Shown: piece after piece, positions 20,315-28,369 of the stretch
How the letters are laid out: every line of letters starts with the position of its first letter
Position numbering within the stretch: position 1 is the first letter of the stretch
Sequence record: OQ031074
Direction: 5' to 3' (one strand)
Length of the DNA stretch: 39,004 nucleotides
Origin: Shigella phage SFP21A
The notes under the pieces: model-generated
The model's input: only the letters and a program-made list of their open reading frames with translations
Told to the model about the DNA's origin: nothing
Databases searched by the model: none
Position numbers and translations under genes: made by a program

Positions 20315-20508
20315 TGGGCTGGCTACTTCTGGTCATCGGCTATGGTCTGATAGCTGCAATCCTTGCTAAGGACATAACCAAGGCACGTAAAGTCTACCGC
20401 TTCCAGTACGTATCACTGGGCCGCTGGACTGTAAGACAACCAAACGGACGCTTTATGCGCAACCTCGCAAACGTCTGGGACATCGCAACCTTAGGGAGTA
20501 AACTGTAA
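20314..20508 (+). CDS. hypothetical small membrane protein
   Basis: 64 aa with N-terminal TM segment (MGWLLLVIGYGLIAAILA) and basic tail; stop overlaps the next start (TAATG). Confidence 0.4.
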   Translation: MGWLLLVIGYGLIAAILAKDITKARKVYRFQYVSLGRWTVRQPNGRFMRNLANVWDIATLGSKL

Positions 20509-20834
20509 TGAGCAAGTCATATGGGATTAATCTGGTTCATGCGCTGGACGCAGACCTTAACCTACTTTCAGCACTGGCTACAGGCTACCGTCACGGGACC
20601 TCAAGTCACACCATTCGTCAGCAGCAGGAGCGCGACCGGGTGCTGCAAGCAAGACTCCGGGCCGAGGGCCAAAAGTCCGAGCTGATGTGTCTGGCGTATG
20701 GTGGACGACCTCGCACTGACGATGGTAAACTTCTGGTCTCAGGCTGGAGGGCGATAGACCAGCGGTCCGACATCAAGCATACATCCAAAGGAGACTTCAG
20801 CCATCTCCATGCTAACCCACTGATATGCAAGTAG
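20508..20834 (+). CDS. hypothetical early protein
   Basis: 108-aa ORF; RBS GGGAG upstream; no recognisable motif; directly upstream of the RNAP promoter/leader. Confidence 0.5.
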   Translation: MSKSYGINLVHALDADLNLLSALATGYRHGTSSHTIRQQQERDRVLQARLRAEGQKSELMCLAYGGRPRTDDGKLLVSGWRAIDQRSDIKHTSKGDFSHLHANPLICK

Positions 20835-20839
20835 TTTGG

Positions 20840-20862
20840 ACTAAACTATCACTAAAGGACTC
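20840..20862 (+). promoter_or_regulatory. phage RNAP promoter variant (..CTAAACTATCACTAAAGGAC), +1 about 20857, upstream of gene 1
   Basis: Exact 14-nt match to the upstream consensus, but CACTAAAGG instead of CACTATAGG (T3-like -2 base); followed by a structured leader. Confidence 0.5.
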
Positions 20863-20937
20863 AAGGTCGAAAGACTCTAAGTCAGGACTGAAGTGAAAGA
20901 CTTTAGTGATAAGACAACAGTTATAAGGACTTTAAGT

Positions 20938-23619
20938 ATGAGCGTCATCTCAATTGACAAACACGACTTCTCTGATGTGTCGAATGCAATCGAACCTTTC
21001 AACGTACTGGCGGACCACTACGGACAAGACCTAGCAGTCAAACAGCTCCAGCTAGAGCATGAGGCATACACTGAAGGTGAGCGACGTTTCATTAAGAACC
21101 TTGAGCGTCAGACTGAGCGCGGGGAACTGGCAGACAATCAGGTTGCTAAGCCACTGATGCAAACGCTGGTCCCGACCCTCGCTAAGGCTGTGCGTGAGTG
21201 GCATGAAGGCCCGGACGGTAAGTCCTCGACCTCGCGTCCAAGCGTAGCGTTTACCATGCTAAGCACTGATGAGAAGGCCGTCAAAGACCGCACTCTGCGC
21301 ATCTCCGCCGAGTCTGCTGCGGTCATCATACTGAAAGTAATCCTCAGCAAGCTGGTAAAGCCTGAAGGCATTCCGATAACTCCTATGGCGTCCGCGATAG
21401 GTCGCACACTGGAAGATGAAATCCGCTTTGGTCGCATCCGTGAGCAGGAGCAGGAGCACTTCAAGAAGACCATAGCGGAGAACCTGAAGAAACGCGCTGG
21501 CGCAAGCTACAAGAAAGCCTACATGCAGGCGGTCGAGGCGTCTATGCTTGAGCAGGGGCAACTGGCTGACGCGTGGGGGACTTGGAGTCCGACCGAGGCA
21601 GTTCACGTAGGCATCAAGATGCTAGAGCTGGTCATCCAGTCATCGCAACTGGTCGAGCTGAAGCGCTACGGTGCGGGGAATGCAGCAGCGGACGTCGAGA
21701 TGGTTCACCTGTCTGACTTCTGGGTCAAGAAGATGGCTCAGCGTGGCTTCTCTCTGGCGGGAATTGCCCCAGTTTACCAGCCATGCGTCGTGCCACCTAA
21801 GCCGTGGACCGGGGTGGTTGGAGGTGGGTACTGGGCTAAAGGTCGCAGGCCACTACCTCTGATTCGCTTAGGGTCTAAGGCTGCGGTCCAGCGCTACGAA
21901 GACGTGTACATGCCTGAAGTGTACGAGGCCGTGAACATCATTCAGCAGACTCCTTGGAAGGTAAACAAGAAGGTGCTGGAAGTGGTTAACATGGTCGAGA
22001 AGCTGAATAACACGCCTATCGCTGACATCCCTCAGATGGAGCCGCTGAAGCCTGAAGACTATGCGGGTGAGACCGAGGAGGAGCTTAAGGCTTGGAAGAA
22101 ATCTGCGGCTGGCATCTATCGACGCGAGAAGGCACGACAGTCTCGCCGTTTATCGCTGAGCTTCATCGTCTCACAGGCTAACAAGTTCTCTCAGTTCAAG
22201 GCCATCTGGTTCCCGTACAACATGGACTGGCGAGGTCGTGTTTACGCTGTCCCGATGTTCAACCCTCAGGGCAACGATATGCAGAAGGGCCTGCTGACTC
22301 TGGCGGTAGGCAAGCCAATCGGTGCGGACGGCTTCAAATGGCTGAAGGTACACGGTGCAAACTGCGCGGGTGTCGATAAAGTCACCTTTGAGGAGCGCAT
22401 CAAGTGGGTTGAGGACAATCACGACAACATCCTCGCGACTGCTAAGAGTCCGATGGATAGCATTGACTGGTGGGGCCAGCTAGACTCTCCGTTCTGCTTC
22501 CTCGCGTTCTGCTTTGAGTATGCCGGGGTTATGCACCACGGGCTGAGCTACTCCTGCTCTCTGCCTATCGCGTTCGATGGGTCCTGCTCTGGGATTCAAC
22601 ACTTCAGCGCCATGCTCCGTGACCACGTTGGTGGACATGCGGTAAACCTAACGCCTTCCGGTAAGGTCCAAGACATCTACCGCATTGTGTCCGACCGGGT
22701 GGAAGAACAGCTCAAGGAACTGCTGGTCAACGGCAGTGACAACGAGGTGAAGACCTTCGAGGACAAGAAGACAGGCGAGATTACTGAACGTCTGGTCCTT
22801 GGGACCCGTGAGCTGGCCCGACAGTGGCTGACCTACGGGATGTCACGCTCGGTCACTAAACGCTCGGTCATGACTCTGGCCTACGGGTCGAAGGAATACG
22901 GGTTCGCGGACCAAGTGTTTGAGGACACCGTGATGCCAGCGATTGACAGTGGCAAGGGCGCAATGTTCACCGACCCAAGCCAAGCGTCTCGCTTCATGGC
23001 TAAGATGATATGGGACGCTGTGAGTGTGACCGTAGTGGCTGCGGTGGATGCAATGAAGTGGCTTCAGGGTGCGGCTAAACTGCTGGCTGCCGAGGTCAAG
23101 GACAAGAAGACCAAAGAGGTCCTTAAGCCTTGCCTCCCGGTTCACTGGGTAACGCCTGATGGATTCCCGGTCTGGCAGGAATACCGCAAGAAAGACACCA
23201 CACGTCTGAACCTCCTGTTCCTTGGGTCGTTCAACCTGCAACCGACAGTCAACAAAGGGTCGAAGAAAGAGCTGGATAAGCACAAGCAGGAATCCGGTAT
23301 CAGCCCTAACTTTGTACACTCACAGGACGGCAGTCACCTGAGGAAGACTGTAGTCCACACCCACCGCAAGTATGGCGTGATGTCATTCGCGGTGATTCAC
23401 GACAGCTTTGGAACCATCCCGGCAGACGCTGAGTTCCTGTTCAAGGGAGTCCGTGAGACGATGGTCGAGACCTACCGCGACAACGATGTGCTGCAAGACT
23501 TCTACGAGCAGTTCGCAGACCAGCTTCATGAGAGCCAGCGCGACAAGTTGCCAGAGCTACCGAAGCGCGGTAAACTGAACATCGAAGACATTCTGTTATC
23601 TGACTTTGCATTCGCCTGA
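20938..23619 (+). CDS. 1: DNA-directed RNA polymerase, single-subunit (T7 gene 1 homolog)
   Basis: ~893 aa from ATG 20938; extensive near-identity to T7 RNAP blocks (PCVVPPKPWTG, RYEDVYMPEVY, AIWFPYNMDWRGRVYAV, MFNPQGNDM, SPFCFLAFCFEYAG, AFDGSCSGIQHFSAMLRD, VTKRSVMTLAYGSKE, HDSFGT, C-terminal DFAFA). Confidence 0.97.
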   Translation: MSVISIDKHDFSDVSNAIEPFNVLADHYGQDLAVKQLQLEHEAYTEGERRFIKNLERQTERGELADNQVAKPLMQTLVPTLAKAVREWHEGPDGKSSTSRPSVAFTMLSTDEKAVKDRTLRISAESAAVIILKVILSKLVKPEGIPITPMASAIGRTLEDEIRFGRIREQEQEHFKKTIAENLKKRAGASYKKAYMQAVEASMLEQGQLADAWGTWSPTEAVHVGIKMLELVIQSSQLVELKRYGAGNAAADVEMVHLSDFWVKKMAQRGFSLAGIAPVYQPCVVPPKPWTGVVGGGYWAKGRRPLPLIRLGSKAAVQRYEDVYMPEVYEAVNIIQQTPWKVNKKVLEVVNMVEKLNNTPIADIPQMEPLKPEDYAGETEEELKAWKKSAAGIYRREKARQSRRLSLSFIVSQANKFSQFKAIWFPYNMDWRGRVYAVPMFNPQGNDMQKGLLTLAVGKPIGADGFKWLKVHGANCAGVDKVTFEERIKWVEDNHDNILATAKSPMDSIDWWGQLDSPFCFLAFCFEYAGVMHHGLSYSCSLPIAFDGSCSGIQHFSAMLRDHVGGHAVNLTPSGKVQDIYRIVSDRVEEQLKELLVNGSDNEVKTFEDKKTGEITERLVLGTRELARQWLTYGMSRSVTKRSVMTLAYGSKEYGFADQVFEDTVMPAIDSGKGAMFTDPSQASRFMAKMIWDAVSVTVVAAVDAMKWLQGAAKLLAAEVKDKKTKEVLKPCLPVHWVTPDGFPVWQEYRKKDTTRLNLLFLGSFNLQPTVNKGSKKELDKHKQESGISPNFVHSQDGSHLRKTVVHTHRKYGVMSFAVIHDSFGTIPADAEFLFKGVRETMVETYRDNDVLQDFYEQFADQLHESQRDKLPELPKRGKLNIEDILLSDFAFA

Positions 23620-23632
23620 GGAGGCACTAACT

Positions 23633-23833
23633 ATGAAATTCGCACACAAGCAAACTGGCGTTAAAGGCGGTACTCAAATCGTGACCGTGACCGAGCGCAA
23701 CGGCAAGGGTCTGGTCAAGACCACGGTCATCCCAACAGAGATGTCCAAGGAGCTGAACGTCCCCTTCAAGTGGCTGGTTAAGCTGGTTCAGGAGCGCCAC
23801 GAGTCAGAACTCCGAGAGGCGGCAACTAAATGA
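23633..23833 (+). CDS. hypothetical protein
   Basis: 66-aa ORF from ATG 23633 with RBS GAGGAGG; immediately after RNAP. Confidence 0.5.
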   Translation: MKFAHKQTGVKGGTQIVTVTERNGKGLVKTTVIPTEMSKELNVPFKWLVKLVQERHESELREAATK

Positions 23834-23907
23834 CAGACCTTAAGTGGCTGGCCCTATGGCTGGCCTTCTTAGCAGTGTACACCTTAATCCAACGCAGAAG
23901 AGGTTAA
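23830..23907 (+). CDS. hypothetical 25-aa hydrophobic peptide
   Basis: MTDLKWLALWLAFLAVYTLIQRRRG; start overlaps the upstream stop (ATGA); predicted single TM helix; very short. Confidence 0.25.
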   Translation: MTDLKWLALWLAFLAVYTLIQRRRG

Positions 23908-23911
23908 CCCT

Positions 23912-24382
23912 ATGTTCTTTAACTCCGCACTGAAAGCACGTATCGCAGAACTTGAGTCACGACTGAAGATTAAAGACGCAACTAACGAGAGGCTCTTTGA
24001 GAAGATGGGAAAGTACGTCTCGAAGGTTTCAGAACTGGAGAAGCAGATTGAGTCTAAGCGTGAAGTCGAGCCGTTCCATGTTAAGCGTATGGTCGGCCTG
24101 AAGTTCAAGGCGCTATTCAACGGTCTCTACCAGCCGACTGAGTTCAAGACCGGGCCGGGACCATGCGGAAAGACGGTGACGCACTTCACCACAAGTCGAG
24201 ACGAACGGACCCTGACCATCCACCAGCACCACACGGATGGGTCCAGCAAGAGCTTCGAGTATCGACTGAGTGACATCGACGGTCGCATCCAGTACGACTA
24301 CGAGAACGTGATGGTCTACGGAGAAGAGGCAGAACGCGAGCGAGCACACTACGTCTTCCTGAGACGCCAGCGCTTCGCCTAA
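23912..24382 (+). CDS. hypothetical protein with N-terminal coiled-coil
   Basis: 156-aa ORF, RBS GAGG upstream; N-terminal heptad-like region (ARIAELESRLKIKDATNERLFEKMGKYVSKVSELEKQIE); no recognised catalytic motif. Confidence 0.55.
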   Translation: MFFNSALKARIAELESRLKIKDATNERLFEKMGKYVSKVSELEKQIESKREVEPFHVKRMVGLKFKALFNGLYQPTEFKTGPGPCGKTVTHFTTSRDERTLTIHQHHTDGSSKSFEYRLSDIDGRIQYDYENVMVYGEEAERERAHYVFLRRQRFA

Positions 24383-24400
24383 ACTATCACTATAGGATTA
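24378..24400 (+). promoter_or_regulatory. phage RNAP promoter (CCTAAACTATCACTATAGGATTA), +1 about 24395
   Basis: Consensus match; immediately followed by an RNase III-type hairpin. Confidence 0.75.
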
Positions 24401-24446
24401 GACTCAAGGTCATGACACAAAGTCGTGGCCTTCATGATTAACCCTA
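24397..24446 (+). ncRNA. RNase III-type processing hairpin (conserved motif copy 2)
   Basis: AGACTCAAGGTCATGAC-ACAAA-GTCGTGGCCTTCATGATTAAC; the stem GGUCAUGAC/GUCGUGGCC pairs with G-U wobbles; same flanks as 14699 and 31047. Confidence 0.55.
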
Positions 24447-24470
24447 ACTCATTCAATCAGGAGCTACACC

Positions 24471-24650
24471 ATGTATCAGAACACCATCAACTTCGAGCGC
24501 ATCCGTGAACGTCAGCAGACTGAGGGCTACATGCCTAAGGGTCGCAAGCTGAACAAGCCTAAACGTGGCGGTGGCGTGAAGGGTGCTTTCCGTAACGCTG
24601 AAGGCAAAGATTCTCTGGTCAACCAAGAGAAGTATTTCGTAGGAGCGTAA
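24471..24650 (+). CDS. gp1.1-like small basic protein
   Basis: 59-aa ORF (below the track cutoff); KGRKLNKPKRGG resembles T7 gp1.1 (KGRKLNKTKRDR as recalled); RBS CAGGAG. Confidence 0.5.
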   Translation: MYQNTINFERIRERQQTEGYMPKGRKLNKPKRGGGVKGAFRNAEGKDSLVNQEKYFVGA

Positions 24651-24652
24651 GA

Positions 24653-24940
24653 ATGGGCATGTTCTCAAGAGCACATAGTGGCAATCTGAACACTCTGCGT
24701 CAAGCCATCCACAACTGGCAGTCCGAGACCGACTACAACGCAGTAGTGAGCACTTGGTTTGACCCGGCGATGAACAGACACTGCGTCCGAGCGGTGATAG
24801 TCAACGTCCACACACGAGAGGTCCTCATTGAGAAGGACTTCACGGAGTACCCGAATATCCGCGACGAAGATGTGCAGACCGTAACGGTCGCCACTTGGTT
24901 CAACAAACAGTTCAACGACTACACTGGTCGCTTCCTTTAA
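24653..24940 (+). CDS. hypothetical protein at gene 1.2 position (possible gp1.2-like)
   Basis: 95 aa; starts MGMFSRAHSGNL.. (T7 gp1.2 starts MGRLYSGNL.. as recalled); RBS AGGAG; sits between the 1.1-like gene and ligase. Confidence 0.45.
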   Translation: MGMFSRAHSGNLNTLRQAIHNWQSETDYNAVVSTWFDPAMNRHCVRAVIVNVHTREVLIEKDFTEYPNIRDEDVQTVTVATWFNKQFNDYTGRFL

Positions 24941-24957
24941 TTCTGGAGACACTATCA

Positions 24958-26025
24958 ATGACTACTACCCTCAAGACCAACCCGCATCGCGCTGTAGATT
25001 ACTCTGAGTCTGGCGTTAAGAAAGCACTGGAAGCTGCCGGGTCGCTGGAAGCTGAAGTGAAGTATGACGGTGTGCGTATAAACATCCCGGTCTTCCCTAC
25101 TGGCGAGACGCAATGGTTAAGCCGAGAGTCTAAGCCTCTTCCGTCCCTGAGCTGGCTGTCTGTGCCAGAAGGTATCCACCAGTCTCCGGGAGAGCAGCAG
25201 AATGCAAGCGACTGGCGATGGTTCCTGAAGCAAGCAGGACATGAGGTATCTGGCCTGATGGTTGATGGCGAGGTGATGGTCAAGGGTGTAGACTTCAACA
25301 CGTCCTCAGGTCTTATCCGCACCATGTGGTCTGACCGCAAGAACTACAAGTGGAACATGAACCCTAAGGCCGACATGGAGACCAAGAAGTCTAACAAGGT
25401 TCCATTCCAGATTAGCCCTGAGTTCCTACAAGTGGTCGTCTACGGGGTCATCGACCTTAACGTCATCAACAACCCGAAAGCTGAAGGTCCTATCCATAGC
25501 GTCACTCGCCTGAAGGCCGAAGCTATTGTCCCTCTCCTCCAGAAATACTTCCCGGAAATCGACTGGGTTCTGTCTGAGTCACACACGGTCTATGACCTTG
25601 AGTCGCTCAACTCCCTGTACGAAGAGAAGCGTCTGGAAGGACACGAGGGCCTGGTAGTCAAGGACCCACTGGGCAAATACAAGCGTGGCAAGAAGTCAGG
25701 CATGTGGAAGATGAAGCCTGAGGAGACCATCGACGGGACCGTGTGTGGCCTCGTGTGGGGGACTCCGGGTAAGGCCAACGAAGGAAAGGTCATCGGCTTT
25801 GAGGTCCTGCTGGAGGATGGAATGGTGGTCAATGCCTGCGGTCTGACTGAAACGCAGAAGGACGAGTTCACCGCAGCGGTAAAAGAGTACCCAGAAGGTG
25901 AGGAGTTCTTCAACGGCTGGCAGTGTGAAGTCCTCTTCATGGAGCGGTTCCCGGATGGCTCACTCCGTCATCCCAGCTTCAAATGCTGGCGTGGAACTGA
26001 AGACAACCCAACCGTTAAGAGTTAA
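24958..26025 (+). CDS. 1.3: ATP-dependent DNA ligase (gp1.3)
   Basis: 355 aa from ATG 24958; adenylation motif EVKYDG; many blocks shared with T7 ligase (LKTNP, MVKGVDFNTSSGLIRT, YFPEIDW, EGHEGLVVKDP, YKRGKKSGMWKMKPE, GKVIGFEVLLE, PDGSLRHPSF, RGTEDNP). Confidence 0.93.
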   Translation: MTTTLKTNPHRAVDYSESGVKKALEAAGSLEAEVKYDGVRINIPVFPTGETQWLSRESKPLPSLSWLSVPEGIHQSPGEQQNASDWRWFLKQAGHEVSGLMVDGEVMVKGVDFNTSSGLIRTMWSDRKNYKWNMNPKADMETKKSNKVPFQISPEFLQVVVYGVIDLNVINNPKAEGPIHSVTRLKAEAIVPLLQKYFPEIDWVLSESHTVYDLESLNSLYEEKRLEGHEGLVVKDPLGKYKRGKKSGMWKMKPEETIDGTVCGLVWGTPGKANEGKVIGFEVLLEDGMVVNACGLTETQKDEFTAAVKEYPEGEEFFNGWQCEVLFMERFPDGSLRHPSFKCWRGTEDNPTVKS

Positions 26026-26034
26026 CTGAACGTC

Positions 26035-26070
26035 AACCCAGTGGTCTTCGCGGACTGCTGGGTTTCTTTG
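26035..26070 (+). terminator. intrinsic terminator after ligase (early terminator TE-like)
   Basis: 12-bp stem AACCCAGTGGTC / GACTGCTGGGTT (with G-U pairs), 6-nt loop, then U-rich TCTTTG; position equals T7 TE after gene 1.3. Confidence 0.7.
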
Positions 26071-26091
26071 CGTCTGGGCCACCATCCCGAC

Positions 26092-26114
26092 CCTAAGCTA
26101 TCACTATAGGACAA
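26092..26114 (+). promoter_or_regulatory. phage RNAP promoter (CCTAAGCTATCACTATAGGACAA), +1 about 26109
   Basis: Consensus match just downstream of the TE-like terminator. Confidence 0.75.
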
Positions 26115-26142
26115 CCATAAATTCGACCTAAGGAGGCCGACC

Positions 26143-26403
26143 ATGTTTAAGAACTTAATGTTCAACCGTTATTCCAATACCTTCCATCTGTCCAACAACC
26201 CGTTCGCTTGCATTAAGCGCAACGAGAAGCTGGGCTACTTCGGGAAGGCCGTTAAGCTGGCACCTACAGTCTTCGCTCTGATTACTACGGGCAAAGCTGA
26301 AGAGGCTCGCCAGAAGCGTGAGACCAACGTACCAGTGGTCTACACCAAGTGGCCTCGTGTTCGCCTGTTCGTTGAGTCTGTGAAGGAGGTGGTCAATGAC
26401 TAA
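26143..26403 (+). CDS. hypothetical protein (gene 1.6 position)
   Basis: 86-aa ORF with strong RBS AAGGAGG; no recognisable motif. Confidence 0.5.
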   Translation: MFKNLMFNRYSNTFHLSNNPFACIKRNEKLGYFGKAVKLAPTVFALITTGKAEEARQKRETNVPVVYTKWPRVRLFVESVKEVVND

Positions 26404-26704
26404 AAATGAACAGCCTATCTACACTGGCGGTTCTGCTGACTACTATCAGGTCCACATAAAGAGCACCACTACCCCCGGTCGACCTGAGTACATCGCTGAG
26501 TGCAACGACATCATCGAAGCTCTGGGCATGAACTTTGCGGAAGGCAATGCGTTCAAGGCAATATGGCGTCGAGCCGCCCAACGGACCTTGGGTCTGCGTA
26601 AAGCTGGCGCTAAAGATGATGGTCTTTACGATGCAGAGAAAGTCGAGTTCTTCGGTGCTCGTATGGTAGCTCAGAGTAAGGCGGGTAGTCATGACTCCAA
26701 GTGA
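26396..26704 (+). CDS. gp1.7 C-terminal-domain-like protein
   Basis: 102 aa; YQVHIK..IEALGMNFAEGNAFKAIWRRAAQRTLGLRKAGAK resembles the C-terminal conserved region of T7 gp1.7 (..EAIEVIARSM..GYCFGNILKYRLRAGKK as recalled); RBS GGAGGTGG. Confidence 0.45.
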   Translation: MTKNEQPIYTGGSADYYQVHIKSTTTPGRPEYIAECNDIIEALGMNFAEGNAFKAIWRRAAQRTLGLRKAGAKDDGLYDAEKVEFFGARMVAQSKAGSHDSK

Positions 26705-26786
26705 ATGGTGCGAGATGATGTTCGAGAGGACAGGCAACACAGACTATCTCGAAATGTATAACCTGTGGAAGGGGAGAGGGCTATGA
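26691..26786 (+). CDS. hypothetical 31-aa protein
   Basis: [31 protein letters not shown]; overlaps the upstream and downstream genes by a few nt (ATGA coupling); short, uncertain. Confidence 0.3.
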   Translation: MTPSEWCEMMFERTGNTDYLEMYNLWKGRGL

Positions 26787-26947
26787 GCCTTGAAGAAAAG
26801 AAGTACATCGTGGAGCTTGAGGGTCGCGTTCAGTCCTTTGAGGTCCCGGTATACGCCAAGTCTCTGGACGAGGCGACCCTCAAGTCTCAGGAATATGAAG
26901 ATGCTGGTTTCGTGGTAGGCCGCATCCGACCTGAGCTGCACGACTAA
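26783..26947 (+). CDS. 2: host RNA polymerase inhibitor (gp2 homolog)
   Basis: 54 aa from ATG 26783; [34 protein letters not shown] parallels T7 gp2 ([34 protein letters not shown] as recalled). Confidence 0.7.
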   Translation: MSLEEKKYIVELEGRVQSFEVPVYAKSLDEATLKSQEYEDAGFVVGRIRPELHD

Positions 26948-26965
26948 ACTATCACTTTAGGAACA
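26943..26965 (+). promoter_or_regulatory. phage RNAP promoter variant (ACTAAACTATCACTTTAGGAACA), +1 about 26960
   Basis: Consensus upstream half; -3 A>T; upstream of the SSB gene. Confidence 0.65.
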
Positions 26966-26994
26966 CCTTAACTTTAACTAGGAGATTTACACCG

Positions 26995-27693
26995 ATGGCT
27001 AAAGAGCAACTGAAGACTTTCACCACTCCGGTAGCTGGTATCGTTGAGCCTTACGCATGGCTTAACAAAGCAGACACCAAGTTCAACGAGCGCGGTGAGC
27101 ATAAAGTCAACCTGACATTCGACCTGAGCGACCCGAAGGTCCGCAAGATGATTGATGTCTTGCAGAAGATTCACGACGATGCGTATGCGAAAGCACTCGC
27201 AGACCACGAGAAGAACCCTCCACAGGTTCAGCGTGGCAAGAAGCCTATCGAACCACGTGAAGGCGACATGCCGTGGATTGAGAACGGTGATGGCACTGTT
27301 ACCCTGAAGTTCAAATGCTTTGCGTCTTACTTGAAAGATGGCAAGTCCGAGCCTATCGTATTACGGTTCTACGACACCGATGCTAAACTCATCCGTGACG
27401 TCCCGAATATTGGCTCAGGGTCCAAGCTGAAGGTCAAGTTCAAAGTCCTGCCGTTCAAATGGAACGCTGCGACTGGTGCGAGCGTGAAGCTGCAACTGGA
27501 GTCCTGCCTGCTGGTCGAACTGAAAGAGTGGTCCGGCGATGGCACTGGTGGAGACGGTGGCTGGGGTGACGATGAAGACATCGGCTCTGGTGGCTACAAA
27601 GCGTCTACTGACGGTGACTTCGGGTCTGACGACTTCGGTGAAGATGCCGATGGTGGTGATGACTCTGCGTCCGGTGGCGACTACGACTTCTAA
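26995..27693 (+). CDS. 2.5: single-stranded DNA-binding protein (gp2.5)
   Basis: 232 aa; blocks AYAKALADHEKNPP, RGKKPIEP, EGDMPW, NGDGTVTLKFKCFAS, GSGSKLKVKF, WNAATGASVKLQLES as in T7 gp2.5; acidic C-terminal tail ending ..GDYDF. Confidence 0.93.
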   Translation: MAKEQLKTFTTPVAGIVEPYAWLNKADTKFNERGEHKVNLTFDLSDPKVRKMIDVLQKIHDDAYAKALADHEKNPPQVQRGKKPIEPREGDMPWIENGDGTVTLKFKCFASYLKDGKSEPIVLRFYDTDAKLIRDVPNIGSGSKLKVKFKVLPFKWNAATGASVKLQLESCLLVELKEWSGDGTGGDGGWGDDEDIGSGGYKASTDGDFGSDDFGEDADGGDDSASGGDYDF

Positions 27694-27695
27694 TC

Positions 27696-28148
27696 GTGGC
27701 TGCATGGACACCAAAACGGGGGCACTCTGTGGGTGCCTACCGCTCTGGACTTGAGGCCAAGAACCAGCAGTGGCTGGAGCAGAACGGCGTCAAAGCGGAG
27801 TACGAAAGCCATTATATCAACTATGTGATTCCGGCTTCCGACCACAAGTACACACCAGACTTCATCCTTCCGAATGGCATCATCGTCGAGACCAAAGGTA
27901 TCTTCGACAGTGAGGACCGCAAGAAGCATTTGCTGGTGCGAGAGCAACACCCTGAGCTGGACATCCGGTTCGTGTTCTCGTCCTCCCGCTCCAAGCTATA
28001 CAAGGGGTCCCCGACCACGTATGGCGCATGGTGCGAAAAGAACGGCTTTAAGTTTGCCGACAAGTTTATCCCGGTTGAGTGGCTGAGAGAGGCGACTGTA
28101 CGTCTGCCCTCAGGTATACTCATCCCGAAGAAAGGAGCTAAGAAATGA
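27696..28148 (+). CDS. 3: endonuclease I, Holliday-junction resolvase (gp3)
   Basis: 150 aa; GTG start right after the SSB stop; blocks YRSGLE, YVIPASDHKYTPDFILPNGIIVETKG, DRKKHLLVREQHPELDIRFVFSSSRSKLYKGSPT, KFADKFIP as in T7 gp3. Confidence 0.9.
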   Translation: MAAWTPKRGHSVGAYRSGLEAKNQQWLEQNGVKAEYESHYINYVIPASDHKYTPDFILPNGIIVETKGIFDSEDRKKHLLVREQHPELDIRFVFSSSRSKLYKGSPTTYGAWCEKNGFKFADKFIPVEWLREATVRLPSGILIPKKGAKK

Positions 28149-28369
28149 CTAAAGAAGTGCAGGTAGTCCGCGAGCGCCTGACCATTGATAAAATCCCAGT
28201 GGGCTACGCGTTCATCGTTCATGGTCGACCGGACGAAGTGTACGTGAAGATTAGCAACTCGCACGTCTTCAACCATAAGCGCCTACAGATGCACACGACT
28301 GTTAGCGAGCGCTTCAAGTCTCACCTGAATCTCGTAATCGTCGAGCTGGTGGTGTACAATGGTAAGTAA
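28145..28369 (+). CDS. hypothetical protein
   Basis: 74-aa ORF, RBS AAAGGAG, start overlaps the gp3 stop (ATGA); fills the gap between endonuclease and amidase. Confidence 0.5.
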   Translation: MTKEVQVVRERLTIDKIPVGYAFIVHGRPDEVYVKISNSHVFNHKRLQMHTTVSERFKSHLNLVIVELVVYNGK

